Shown here: one piece after another, positions 45,893-55,952 of the stretch
Layout: every line of letters starts with the position of its first letter
How positions within the stretch are numbered: position 1 is the first letter of the stretch
DNA from: a virus
Taxonomy: Duplodnaviria > Caudoviricetes
Virus record (IMG/VR): IMGVR_UViG_3300025108_000048
Location: 1 to 60,130 of that record
DNA length: 60,130 bases
Direction: 5' to 3' (one strand)
Notes under the pieces: model-generated
Database searches by the model: none
The model's input: only the letters and a program-made list of their open reading frames with translations
What the model was told of the DNA's origin: nothing
Position numbers and translations under genes: made by a program

Positions 45893-48232
45893 ATGAAACA
45901 CGAAAATCCATATATTAAGGTAACTTGGCACGACACTCCTGAAGCATTCACTCCCGAGAAAATGAAGAGGGTGAAAAACTACTTTAAAGAAAAGTACAAC
46001 ACAAGATTCATTAAAGTAATTACTAAAATCCAAACCACAAATAGTAATAATAAACTCAAATCACTTGAAATAAGTGAAAGTATATTAGACCCTAACTATC
46101 AGAAGTTACTAATGAAGGACTTCATCAAGGAAAACAATATTGTGACTCATGGTGATATGATTGAAAGATTAGATAACAAGGTCAATGAAACAATATTTGC
46201 ACAAGATGAGACAATCATTAAATATAATCGATGGTACATCAAAAATGTAGAGTTTTCGAACTTTTTGTCATTTGGTGAGAACAATAGAATTGATTTCGAA
46301 ACGTTAGATGGGATTACAGTTGTAGAATCTAACCCGAGAAATTTCGGTGGTAAATCTACATCTACAGTTGATTTATTAATGTTCTTATTTTTTAATAGTA
46401 CAACCAAAACAAATAAGTCTGAAGAGATTTTTAATAGATTTACTGATAAAGACCGTGTACACGTAAAAGGTGTGATAACTATTGATGGTGAAGACTATGT
46501 AATTGAAAGGGAGGTTACCAGAAAATTAGGTAGATCTGAAAAATACACTGTTAAGAATGATCTTCAGTTTCATAAGATACTTGAGGATGGATCCTATAAG
46601 AATCTATCGGGAGAACAACGTAAAGAGACTGAAAAGTTTATTGTCAAAGCGATAGGGACTAAGAAGGATTTTCTTTCCACCATTTTAACTACAGGTTATA
46701 ATTTAGAAGAATTAATCGATACTAAACCAACTGAAAGAGGTCAAATACTGACTAAATTTATTGGTTTAGAGGCATTAAAAGAAAAAGAGGTGGTCTGTAG
46801 GGAAATGAAAAATACCTACGAGAGAAAGATGTTGTCCAATACTAAAGATAAGTTCACTTTAGAAAATCAAATAGAAACATATTATGAACAAATAAAGATA
46901 AAAGACGACGAAACACATAACAAACAAAAAGAATTAAAAGATGCCACGGAAAGACTCAAAACATTAGAGTCAAAGAAAGAGGGAATTCTAAGTGAGAAAC
47001 ATACTGACGTTGACCAATCTTTAGTAAAAACTAACCCAACCACTATAAAGAGTGAGGTGAGGGATTGCGATGATAAAATAAAAAGACTAAATAAAACCCT
47101 ATCTGAAACCGTTGTTAAAGAACCAAAGGGGTATTATTTGGAGGATGAACATGACACGATGAAGGATCTTATAAGAGATCTTACATTTAAAGTAAAAGAA
47201 GACACTCACAATATTAAAAAATGTGAGGACCATATTAAACAACTAACTGAGGGGAGCATCTGTCCAACATGTAAGAGACCTTTAGAGGGTATTGACCATA
47301 CTAAAGAGATTAAATCAAAAAAATTAGAAATAAAGGATTTTGAAAAAATCATAGTTGACACTAACAAAACCATAGAAAAAACTACTAAAGATGAAGTTAA
47401 GTTTTCCACGCTGAAAAAAGAATACGATACGTATGAAAAAAACAAACTCATTAACACTCGATACGAACTTGAAATTAGACAAATCGAGATGGATAAAAAA
47501 GACAAAATTAAAAAACTAGAATTTTTTGAAGCTAACAAAAAGAAACACGAGAGAAATATACAAATAGATAAAGATCTTATAGTACTTAGAACTCAAATAG
47601 ATACTGCATCTTCCGACATAAAACAATCTAATATTTTGATTGAAAGATATAAGAATGATATAAAGAATTTTAATGACAAAATCGATACCAACAAAAAATT
47701 AATAAAAGAAATATTGGTTGAAGAGAAGGTTTTAGAAACTTATAAAGTATATTTAACCGTGTTTGGTAAAAATGGTATATCTAAAACCATTTTAAGAGAC
47801 ATGATCCCATTTCTAAATAACGAATTGAGTCACTTATTGGACGATAGTTGTATGTTTAAATTAGAAATCAAAATTAATGGAAGTAATGAACTTGATTTTA
47901 TAATGATAGACACAGATACCAGGGTTGTTAAACCTCTTTACGCAGGTTCAGGGTATGAAAGAACGATAGCATCTTTAGCACTTAGAAGTGTACTAACTAA
48001 GGTTTCATCATTACCAAAACCAAACATTGTGGTCATGGATGAGGTGTTTGGGAAGATTGCTGATGAAAATTTAGAAATGGTTGGGGAGTTCTTCATTAAA
48101 ATTAAAGAATATTTTGAACACATACTAGTAATTTCACACAATCCATTAATAAGGACATGGTCGGATAACCTACTTATGATTGAGAAAAATGAAAATATAT
48201 CATCCATAGAGTCAATTAATACAAAAATATAA
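45893..48232 (+). CDS. Rad50/SbcC-like ATPase (T4 gp46-like) with N-terminal extension
   Basis: NFLSFG, NFGGKST Walker A, CPTC zinc hook, GSGYE signature, VVMDEVF Walker B, ISH. Confidence 0.9.
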   Translation: MKHENPYIKVTWHDTPEAFTPEKMKRVKNYFKEKYNTRFIKVITKIQTTNSNNKLKSLEISESILDPNYQKLLMKDFIKENNIVTHGDMIERLDNKVNETIFAQDETIIKYNRWYIKNVEFSNFLSFGENNRIDFETLDGITVVESNPRNFGGKSTSTVDLLMFLFFNSTTKTNKSEEIFNRFTDKDRVHVKGVITIDGEDYVIEREVTRKLGRSEKYTVKNDLQFHKILEDGSYKNLSGEQRKETEKFIVKAIGTKKDFLSTILTTGYNLEELIDTKPTERGQILTKFIGLEALKEKEVVCREMKNTYERKMLSNTKDKFTLENQIETYYEQIKIKDDETHNKQKELKDATERLKTLESKKEGILSEKHTDVDQSLVKTNPTTIKSEVRDCDDKIKRLNKTLSETVVKEPKGYYLEDEHDTMKDLIRDLTFKVKEDTHNIKKCEDHIKQLTEGSICPTCKRPLEGIDHTKEIKSKKLEIKDFEKIIVDTNKTIEKTTKDEVKFSTLKKEYDTYEKNKLINTRYELEIRQIEMDKKDKIKKLEFFEANKKKHERNIQIDKDLIVLRTQIDTASSDIKQSNILIERYKNDIKNFNDKIDTNKKLIKEILVEEKVLETYKVYLTVFGKNGISKTILRDMIPFLNNELSHLLDDSCMFKLEIKINGSNELDFIMIDTDTRVVKPLYAGSGYERTIASLALRSVLTKVSSLPKPNIVVMDEVFGKIADENLEMVGEFFIKIKEYFEHILVISHNPLIRTWSDNLLMIEKNENISSIESINTKI

Positions 48233-48242
48233 TGAGAATTAA

Positions 48243-48272
48243 TTGTACATTTAATAAAATTGTTTAACTTTG
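48243..48272 (+). promoter_or_regulatory. Bacteroidota-type promoter TTG-N19-TAACTTTG
   Basis: Matches the -33/-7 TTG-N19-TAnnTTTG consensus upstream of clpP. Confidence 0.55.
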
Positions 48273-48292
48273 AAAAATCAACAAAACACATT

Positions 48293-48967
48293 ATGATACC
48301 AAAAGAATATAAAGATTTCAACCTATTTGCAAGAGACCAAAAAGTAAGCGGTTCTCAATTAGATTATTATAACAAACAGATAGAGAATAGTTTAACTCCT
48401 TATATATTAGAAGAGAGACAAATGAATGTTACCGTTATGGACGTATTCTCAAGACTAATGATGGAGAGAATTATTTGGGTTGCGGGTCCTGTAAATGACA
48501 ATATGTCAACTATCGTTCAAGCACAACTTATGTTTTTAGATAGTATTGATAATAACGATATCACAATGCATATTGATACACCAGGTGGTTCTGTCAAATC
48601 GGGACTATCTATGGTTGATGTTATGGACTATATAGATTCAGACATACAAACCATTAATACGGGAATGGCGGCGTCTATGGGTTCTATCCTTTTAGGCGCG
48701 GGTACCAAAGGTAAAAGAGGGTCACTTAGATTTTCGAGAACAATGTTACACCAATCAAGTGGTGGTTTCAGAGGAAATATACAAGATGCAGAGATTGATA
48801 TGGTTGAGTGGAAAAAACTTAATCACCAACTATTCGATCTTTTAGGTGATTATTGTGGTAAACCAGCCGAGGTGGTTATGAAGGATGCATCTCGTGATAT
48901 GTGGTTATCGGCGGATGAGGCACTTAAGTATGGTATCATCGATAAAGTGGTAAAAAAGAAAAAATAA
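48293..48967 (+). CDS. clpP: ATP-dependent Clp protease proteolytic subunit
   Basis: MDVFSRLMMERII, DTPGGSV, AASMG (Ser), MLHQ (His), RDMWLSADEALKYGIID; start re-called to ATG 48293. Confidence 0.95.
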   Translation: MIPKEYKDFNLFARDQKVSGSQLDYYNKQIENSLTPYILEERQMNVTVMDVFSRLMMERIIWVAGPVNDNMSTIVQAQLMFLDSIDNNDITMHIDTPGGSVKSGLSMVDVMDYIDSDIQTINTGMAASMGSILLGAGTKGKRGSLRFSRTMLHQSSGGFRGNIQDAEIDMVEWKKLNHQLFDLLGDYCGKPAEVVMKDASRDMWLSADEALKYGIIDKVVKKKK

Positions 48968-49005
48968 ATAATAATCAATATTTATAGGAATATAACATAC
49001 ACAAC

Positions 49006-49701
49006 ATGAAACGTTTATTAAACATGGATATCAAAACAGTTGCGATCATCGTGTTATGTGTATTCCTTTTACTAAGAAATTGTTCGAACGGAGATACCGA
49101 GACTCGAGAGATAGTCAAAGTTGACGGTAAAAAGTACGAATTATTAGATCAAAAGGTAGATACCGTAATCATTGAAAAAACTGTTAAGGTTCCGACTTAC
49201 GTACCAAAGTACATTACTAAGGAAGTAATTAAAGAGGTTAAGATCCCTGCAGATATAGATTCATTAGCGGTGGTTAGAGACTACTACACTAAGATAACAG
49301 TCAAAGATACTCTACAACTTAATTATGATTTTCCTGAAGAGGTTAAAGACTCCTTAGGGAATAAACCACCTTCTAATTTAGGTTATGGTATTTTAACTGA
49401 CGTGATTGGTCAGAATACTATACAGTCAAGAGATGTAGATTGGTACTTTAAAATACCTACCGTATATAATACTAAAATTGTTAAGGACTTACCTAAAACA
49501 CAATTGTATTATGGTTTTAATTTAGGTCTAAATAGAACGGATATCTTTTCAAGTGTCGGAGGAGGACTTATATTAAAGACAAAAAAGGATAAACTATACC
49601 AACTTAATATCGGTTTGATGAATCAACCAACACCCACATCAACACTTACACCTTATATTGGTGGTGGTATCTATTGGAAAATAAACCTTAAGAAGAAATA
49701 A
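49006..49701 (+). CDS. membrane-anchored or lipoprotein-like protein with C-terminal beta strands
   Basis: Hydrophobic N-terminus ending LLLRNC; amphipathic strands ending YIGGGIYWKI. Confidence 0.65.
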   Translation: MKRLLNMDIKTVAIIVLCVFLLLRNCSNGDTETREIVKVDGKKYELLDQKVDTVIIEKTVKVPTYVPKYITKEVIKEVKIPADIDSLAVVRDYYTKITVKDTLQLNYDFPEEVKDSLGNKPPSNLGYGILTDVIGQNTIQSRDVDWYFKIPTVYNTKIVKDLPKTQLYYGFNLGLNRTDIFSSVGGGLILKTKKDKLYQLNIGLMNQPTPTSTLTPYIGGGIYWKINLKKK

Positions 49702-50154
49702 ATGACAAACAGTTTTATACTTTTTATTTTCGGTATGTTCGAGGACACTGAGGATATCGAGTTTTATTGTAACGAAATTCTATTAGAAAACCCTGCAGTA
49801 AAATCATTAAGATTTATAGTAGAAAATTCTAAGAATCTTATAGTTATATTAGAATCAGATAAAACACAAAAAGAATTAAGTAAATCATTACATAAAGATT
49901 TATTAGATCAGAACGTAAAATTCTATTTTATATTTAGGAGAGATGAGGTAGTGTCAGCACACATACCCGAACAAGTAAAGAAATTTATTTATGGGGAAGT
50001 GAGTGATGAGGAAAAGTATATTATGGTACAATACACTAAGGTAAGTAAGGTTGATTCACTTGACTTAGATGAGGTTCTTGAAAAAATTAAAAACAACGGA
50101 ATAGATAGTTTAACAAAAGACGAAAAAAAGTTCTTAGATAATTTTGATTATTGA
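49702..50154 (+). CDS. hypothetical protein with DUF6576-like C-terminus
   Basis: LDEVLEKIKNNGIDSLTKDEKKFL. Confidence 0.65.
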   Translation: MTNSFILFIFGMFEDTEDIEFYCNEILLENPAVKSLRFIVENSKNLIVILESDKTQKELSKSLHKDLLDQNVKFYFIFRRDEVVSAHIPEQVKKFIYGEVSDEEKYIMVQYTKVSKVDSLDLDEVLEKIKNNGIDSLTKDEKKFLDNFDY

Positions 50155-50209
50155 TTTCGTTTACATATTTTAGTAGTTCAGTATTCACATTTAAAAATTT
50201 ACCACAACC

Positions 50210-51022
50210 ATGAACAAAAGCAACAGTTTCCTAAACACCGAAGAGATAAGTTTCTACCTTAAAGACGTAAAAAAAATACCAACCACCAACAACAAAAGAC
50301 TAAAAGAAATTATACATAGTCTTAAACAGAAAAACATAACAGAAAAAGAAAAAACGTCTTTACAACACGAACTTGTAGTTGGAAATCTAAGGTTTGTTAT
50401 TAGTGTTGCTAAACAGTTCTCAAATCAAGGGTTAGACTTACCCGATTTAATTTCAGAAGGTAATATTGGTATGATTAGGGCGTCTGAGGAATTCGACCCT
50501 AATAAAAAGGTCAGATTTATTTCTTATGCGGTTTGGTGGATAAGACAGGCAATTATGTCTTCCTTAAATGAGAACGCAAGAACTATAAGACTTCCATCTA
50601 ACATTATACAAGAATATCAGAAAACTAAAAAGATGTCATTTTCTGAAGACGATCCTGATTTTGTAGAAAAATATAACAAACAGGCTTCACAATATGTTCC
50701 AAAAACCGTAAGTTTAAGTAATCCGATTAATGAAGAAGGTGATCAATTAATTGACATTGTTGTCAATAAAGATTCTTTAAATCCTGAAAGTTACTTGGAA
50801 AATGAAAATGAAAGAAAGAAACATGTGAAGAACGCATTGTCAATACTAAACGATAAAGAGAGAACGATTATTGAGAAGTACTTTGGATTAAATGGGGTTC
50901 AATGTAATTTAGAAGACTTGGGTGAGGAGTTTGGATGTACCAAGGAGAGGATAAGACAAGTCAAGGAAAAGGCAATGAAAAAACTCAGAAATGAGAGTTT
51001 TACATTATTAAAATATTTATAA
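50210..51022 (+). CDS. sigma70-family (RpoD/RpoS-like) sigma factor lacking region 1.1
   Basis: NLRFVISVAK, DLISEGNIG, FISYAVWWIRQAI, TKERIRQVKEKAMKKLR. Confidence 0.93.
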   Translation: MNKSNSFLNTEEISFYLKDVKKIPTTNNKRLKEIIHSLKQKNITEKEKTSLQHELVVGNLRFVISVAKQFSNQGLDLPDLISEGNIGMIRASEEFDPNKKVRFISYAVWWIRQAIMSSLNENARTIRLPSNIIQEYQKTKKMSFSEDDPDFVEKYNKQASQYVPKTVSLSNPINEEGDQLIDIVVNKDSLNPESYLENENERKKHVKNALSILNDKERTIIEKYFGLNGVQCNLEDLGEEFGCTKERIRQVKEKAMKKLRNESFTLLKYL

Positions 51023-51040
51023 GAGTAAAAAAATATAATT

Positions 51041-51343
51041 ATGAAAAAATTTTTAGAAAAACATTTCGTAACAATCGTTTTCGTTATCTTAATCTTCACC
51101 TTTTTTAGAGGTTGTGGTGATAGTAGGGAAATGTCCGCATTAAAAAAAGAAATGATAGAGTTAAAGGACTTTAGTAAAGAACGAACTTATACTAAAGAAC
51201 AATTAGATTTAAGATTAAAAATCGAAGGATTAAAAAGTGAACACAGAATGATTCAGGCGACTGACAGAAAGATGTTCGATTTAAACAGACAAACTCAAAT
51301 AGAAAAAGAGTTAGAGTCATTACAAAGTGAACTTATTAAGTAA
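51041..51343 (+). CDS. small N-anchored coiled-coil protein (possible lipoprotein or spanin-like)
   Basis: Hydrophobic N-terminus ending FRGC, helical remainder. Confidence 0.65.
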   Translation: MKKFLEKHFVTIVFVILIFTFFRGCGDSREMSALKKEMIELKDFSKERTYTKEQLDLRLKIEGLKSEHRMIQATDRKMFDLNRQTQIEKELESLQSELIK

Positions 51344-52573
51344 ATGGGAAGTTGGTTAAGGAATAACTTCAAGTTATTAATTTATATTTCGTTTTTAGTA
51401 CCGATTATAACGGTGGCAATAGTATCTATATCTCACGTTACTGTGTGGTACGGGATATCTAATCCAATGTCTTGGGCATTGTATCTATCGATAGGTATTG
51501 AGATTGCGGCACTGTCGGCATTGGCCGCAATATCAGCACAAATGGGATCTAAAGTTTACGTACCCTTTGGTATCGTTACCTTAATACAATTTGTTGGTAA
51601 TATTTTCTTTGCGTTTGAATTCATTAAAATAGGTAACGAACAGTTTCTATCTTGGGTTGAATTAACAGGACCTATATTGGAATATGTTGGTATAGAACAA
51701 GGGGACCTACAATCACACAGAAGATTCTTGGCAATATTTGCGGGTGGTATGTTACCACTTATATCCTTATCGTTCTTACATATGTTAGTTAAGTTTAATG
51801 AGGAGAATGCAGAATCAAAAACTCAAGAAGGTGAAGACACTAAAAAAGTTATTGAAGAGGAAACTAAAATCAAACCTACTAACGAAGAATTAGATAAGTT
51901 ACAAGACCTACTAAACAAATTTAAACCAGAAGAAAGAGAAGAACATCTACAAACCATAATTGATAATGACCAAGAAATGGGATTATGGGATAATACTACT
52001 AACGATGGTTTAGAAGATGATGAAGTACCTCCTGAATGGTTAAGTGAGGGACCCGAACCTGAAGAACACGAGTATAATGATTTTGATACCACAATAGAAG
52101 AAGACGAGTGGGACGAAGATCATGCATTAGACATGGTAATGAATGATATGGTATCCGATTTATCACCTCGAGATATTTCAAAAATTGTAGAAGAATCAGA
52201 AGAAGTTATAGAAGAACCTATACAACCTATACCCAATAAAGTCTCCAATAGATATGAACAAAAAAGTGATTATTTAAGTAGAAGTACTGATTGGGATTCT
52301 AAAGAAAAGGAAGAAGAAGGTTTATTACCTGACACAGTGGAATCTGCGGAATTAGATCTACAAACGGGACAAATATCAACACCCGAACCAATTAAAGAGA
52401 TTAGTGTTGAGATTGATGAAAACCAATTTACCCCTAAAAATAATTTTGAGGTTGATGTGGAGGTTAAACCTTCACCTACCCCAACACCTACAAATCCCCC
52501 AAACCCAAACTTTGTTGTGGGAAAAACATTAAGTGAGGTACAGGATCAAACAGATTCTGAAAAAAAAAATTAG
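51344..52573 (+). CDS. multi-TM membrane protein with acidic tail; probable -1 frameshift extension to 52935
   Basis: About 4 hydrophobic segments; ends GAA AAA AAA AAT TAG. Confidence 0.75.
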   Translation: MGSWLRNNFKLLIYISFLVPIITVAIVSISHVTVWYGISNPMSWALYLSIGIEIAALSALAAISAQMGSKVYVPFGIVTLIQFVGNIFFAFEFIKIGNEQFLSWVELTGPILEYVGIEQGDLQSHRRFLAIFAGGMLPLISLSFLHMLVKFNEENAESKTQEGEDTKKVIEEETKIKPTNEELDKLQDLLNKFKPEEREEHLQTIIDNDQEMGLWDNTTNDGLEDDEVPPEWLSEGPEPEEHEYNDFDTTIEEDEWDEDHALDMVMNDMVSDLSPRDISKIVEESEEVIEEPIQPIPNKVSNRYEQKSDYLSRSTDWDSKEKEEEGLLPDTVESAELDLQTGQISTPEPIKEISVEIDENQFTPKNNFEVDVEVKPSPTPTPTNPPNPNFVVGKTLSEVQDQTDSEKKN

Positions 52574-52935
52574 AAAACCCACCTACAGAAGTCCCAATTC
52601 CAACATCGACATCGGTACCTTCTAATACACCCACACCTTACCCAACAAGTACTCCAATACCAACGAGTACATCAACACCTTACCCAACAAGTACTCCAAC
52701 ACAAACGAGTACTTCAACACCTTACCCAACAAGTACCTTAACACCCACACCAACAGAAAGTAGTACTCCTACACCGACAAGTACACCTACTCCAACCCCA
52801 ACCCCAACATTATTCGTTGACGACCTATATATGGAACCTGGGGTCGGGGTCGCACCACAAGAACCATATTTAATGGTGGGTTCCAAAGTAATCACAAGAA
52901 ATGTTGGAAATTCGAGACGTAGAAACAATAGATAG
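52561..52935 (+). CDS. -1 frame Pro/Thr-rich extension with no start codon of its own (KKKLENPPTEVPIPTST...RRRNNR*)
   Basis: Open from the A10 run to TAG at 52933-52935, bounded upstream by TGA at 52558; PT codon style matches the other genes. Confidence 0.65.
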   Translation, partial: KKKLENPPTEVPIPTSTSVPSNTPTPYPTSTPIPTSTSTPYPTSTPTQTSTSTPYPTSTLTPTPTESSTPTPTSTPTPTPTPTLFVDDLYMEPGVGVAPQEPYLMVGSKVITRNVGNSRRRNNR

Positions 52936-53506
52936 AAAATCATTAAACCACGTTGGTCGCAAATATAAAAAAAGACAAATTCTTTTATATGACACTAAAC
53001 GTAGGATTGATGATTTTGTCGGTAAGATAAAATATCGAAAAGATGGTAAGTATGAGGACATACCTCATTTTATTGTTTCTAAAATGGGTGACATTTACCA
53101 AGTATTGGATATGGATTATTCTTCGGTTACGTTCGGTAACCACGAACTAGATAGAAAACAAATTAAAATTGCGGTTGAGAACTTAGGATGGTTACATAAA
53201 AACACCATAACGGGTTATTATAGTAATTGGATTGGAGACCCTCATCGAACTGAACCATTCATCAGGAGTTGGAGAGACAAATTTTATTGGGATCGTTACA
53301 CCGATCAACAAATGGAAAGTATTGTTAACCTATGTGAATACATTTGTGATCAGAAACAAATAGATAAAAGAGTGGTCCCCAGTCACGGTTATATAGAAAA
53401 GATAGATAAATTTAAGGGAATTGTATGTAAATCCAATTTTTCAAATATTTATACAGATATAAACCCTTCATTTAATTTTAAAAAATTTTTAGATGATGAA
53501 ATATAA
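52901..53506 (+). CDS. N-acetylmuramoyl-L-alanine amidase-like protein (Amidase_2 fold, divergent)
   Basis: PHFIVSKMGDIYQV, IAVEN, YTDQQMESIVNL; the first Zn-binding His appears to be missing (ILLYDT). Confidence 0.6.
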   Translation: MLEIRDVETIDRKSLNHVGRKYKKRQILLYDTKRRIDDFVGKIKYRKDGKYEDIPHFIVSKMGDIYQVLDMDYSSVTFGNHELDRKQIKIAVENLGWLHKNTITGYYSNWIGDPHRTEPFIRSWRDKFYWDRYTDQQMESIVNLCEYICDQKQIDKRVVPSHGYIEKIDKFKGIVCKSNFSNIYTDINPSFNFKKFLDDEI

Positions 53507-53993
53507 AACACATATGAACTACGACAATACTAAAAAAATGTTGAATACTCTCAGAAGTCTGACAGAATCAACAGTAAAACAAGGAACGATCTCTGAACAA
53601 GAGGAGAAAGAAGAATTAAAAGACAACGTAACTGTTGTAGGAGGTGTTGAGGTGAGACTTATTGCGTCCTCTAATGAAGATTTAGAGATCAATGAACAAC
53701 AAAAGAAGATCATAGGTGACATCATTAGTAATTTTGGTACTCAGGTATCGGATTTAGGTGATTTACGACCAGGGATCACGATACAGTCTAATCAAGTAAG
53801 GTTAGATGGTAATCTACCTGATGTAAGTTTAGATTTCGTGATTATTGCGGGTGAGAACAAAGGTACATATCTTAATACTGCGATGTTGAAGGTAAATTAT
53901 GACTTATTAGAGTCAATACAAAAACTATTAAAGTTTGAAGATGTGTTTGCGGATGCATTGAATGACCTAATATCTCAAAGAAGGATAGATTAA
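53493..53993 (+). CDS. hypothetical protein (start may be ATG 53514)
   Basis: 166-aa ORF downstream of a TATTTAT motif. Confidence 0.7.
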   Translation: MMKYKTHMNYDNTKKMLNTLRSLTESTVKQGTISEQEEKEELKDNVTVVGGVEVRLIASSNEDLEINEQQKKIIGDIISNFGTQVSDLGDLRPGITIQSNQVRLDGNLPDVSLDFVIIAGENKGTYLNTAMLKVNYDLLESIQKLLKFEDVFADALNDLISQRRID

Positions 53994-53994
53994 C

Positions 53995-54240
53995 ATGGCT
54001 CTTACAACCACAGATAAAACTCAAATACAAAGTATAGCGAAGAAAGAGATAAAAGACTTCCTTAACGGTACTCAAGCACATAAGATTGTGGTTGATATGG
54101 TTAAAAAAGAGATGGGTACAAGAGACATTAATAAAAAAGTGGTGGAATTATCTACTAAAGTTGTTGTTGAGTTATTTAAACAACTGTGGCAACGTAAATC
54201 TTTTTGGGAAGGACCCCTAAAAAACATTAATAGTAAATAA
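53995..54240 (+). CDS. hypothetical protein
   Basis: 81 aa, coupled to its neighbours. Confidence 0.7.
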   Translation: MALTTTDKTQIQSIAKKEIKDFLNGTQAHKIVVDMVKKEMGTRDINKKVVELSTKVVVELFKQLWQRKSFWEGPLKNINSK

Positions 54241-54761
54241 TGAAAAAAGAAACTAAGGAAGCTACAATGTCAGGTGGTTCTTCAGGATCATTCGAAGCAC
54301 CCATGAACTTTATGAGTAAGAGAGAAATCTATAAAATTCATAATAGTAAGAAATACAACGAAGAGGAACCGAAAGAAGAGGAATTTACTGAGGCAACGAC
54401 TTCAGCCACTTCATCGGCAGGACAATATGACGCACCATTTGGTGGTGGAGGTAAAGATCCACTTAAAATAGGTGGACCTAAGACAATCGTACAACGTATG
54501 AAACATATGAGAAAAACTAACTTTCCAATGTACGGAGGTTCGGGTGGTTCATATGTTAAGGTGAAAGAAAAATGTAAGAAATTCCCATATTGTGACGAAG
54601 GTGACATTAATGCATTGGAGTTTTATGAAAACGACGAATTAAATGAAGCAGTAAAGAATGTTTCAAAAAAATACGGTTTACCCTATAAAGAGGTGGAGAA
54701 AATAGTAATAAATGAGATAAAGGATATATTTATAGAATATGAAAGTTTCAGAACTAAATAA
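54240..54761 (+). CDS. hypothetical protein
   Basis: 173 aa with duplicated EAT...SSG.[FY][ED]AP motif and CKKFPYC. Confidence 0.7.
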   Translation: MKKETKEATMSGGSSGSFEAPMNFMSKREIYKIHNSKKYNEEEPKEEEFTEATTSATSSAGQYDAPFGGGGKDPLKIGGPKTIVQRMKHMRKTNFPMYGGSGGSYVKVKEKCKKFPYCDEGDINALEFYENDELNEAVKNVSKKYGLPYKEVEKIVINEIKDIFIEYESFRTK

Positions 54762-55947
54762 AATTATTGAAGAAACTATCTCAAAAGAGATAACGACCAC
54801 CATTTTAAACGAAGAAGGTGGTAAAAAGACCGCACACTGTATTAAGTGTGAGGGTCAATACGTTGAGATTTGTGATACCAAAGAGGAGGCAGATCAAAAA
54901 TGTGAAGAATATAATAAAAATAACCCCAACAAAGATTTTGTTGTGGAAATAGAAACCTATGAATCAAAAGAAGATTTATTAGATAAATTAGAACAAATAG
55001 GTGAAGAATTAGACTCAAAAGACATGAAAAAAGACCATTCAATCGAAGAATTAGAACAAGACCAACACGAAAATGCATTTGTTTTGGCGGCGGACGCAGC
55101 TAAAGACAAAGGTGAGAAGGAATTTGAATTTCCTAAAGGTAGTGGTAAGATGCATCCTGTAACAATTAAATCAGACATAGACGAAAAAGAAGACTGTCAA
55201 GAATGTGGTAAGGATATGTATGAAGACGAAGAAGAGGGTGGTGTTTATCAAGACATCGACGAATCAACTTGTGAATCTTGTGGTAAATCTTTATGTGAAT
55301 GTAGTGGTATGGATGAAGAGTCAATCAATGAAACTAAAGAACCTAAAGTACTTAGACTTTCAGAATCACAATTAATTGATATGATTAGTAAATTAGTTAA
55401 TGAGGCGGTAACACCAGGTTTAAAGGCGGTTCAAGACTCACATAAGTTAAGTAATAAAGAAACAAAAGAACATATGGGTAACGTAGATAAGAAATTAAAG
55501 AAGGCATTATCAATTGAAGGTAATGACAATCCTGAATTCCCAAATGCATCGGGTAAAGGTGAGATAGACCCTAAAAAAGTAGTACATAATACCGAAGAAG
55601 AAAATGAAGAGGTAGATATGGAAAGAGGGGAACACGCATTGGACTTAGACTACGACCATGAACCTAGTGATCAGTTTAAAGACAGAGTCAAAAAGGCATT
55701 AGAGGGTGATTCCACTATGGGTAACGCAGACGGAGGAAATACAATACCAACTGAAACAGGTAAAAACCTATCAAAAACAGCGGAGAAGAGAAAAGAAAGA
55801 AATGAAAATCAACCGATGTATAAGAAAGATATACAACCAGTTAAGTCGGTTAATGAAGAAAAAGAATCAAAAGAAGAAAGTAACGTTTTACAAGAAGAGA
55901 TCAAAAGACTAAAAGATCTTTCTAATTATAACGAAAAGACTCAATAA
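54739..55947 (+). CDS. acidic hypothetical protein, possible head/scaffold-type
   Basis: 402 aa, very D/E-rich, CxxC motifs, LSESQL, LQEEIKRLK. Confidence 0.7.
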   Translation: MKVSELNKIIEETISKEITTTILNEEGGKKTAHCIKCEGQYVEICDTKEEADQKCEEYNKNNPNKDFVVEIETYESKEDLLDKLEQIGEELDSKDMKKDHSIEELEQDQHENAFVLAADAAKDKGEKEFEFPKGSGKMHPVTIKSDIDEKEDCQECGKDMYEDEEEGGVYQDIDESTCESCGKSLCECSGMDEESINETKEPKVLRLSESQLIDMISKLVNEAVTPGLKAVQDSHKLSNKETKEHMGNVDKKLKKALSIEGNDNPEFPNASGKGEIDPKKVVHNTEEENEEVDMERGEHALDLDYDHEPSDQFKDRVKKALEGDSTMGNADGGNTIPTETGKNLSKTAEKRKERNENQPMYKKDIQPVKSVNEEKESKEESNVLQEEIKRLKDLSNYNEKTQ

Positions 55948-55952
55948 TATTG

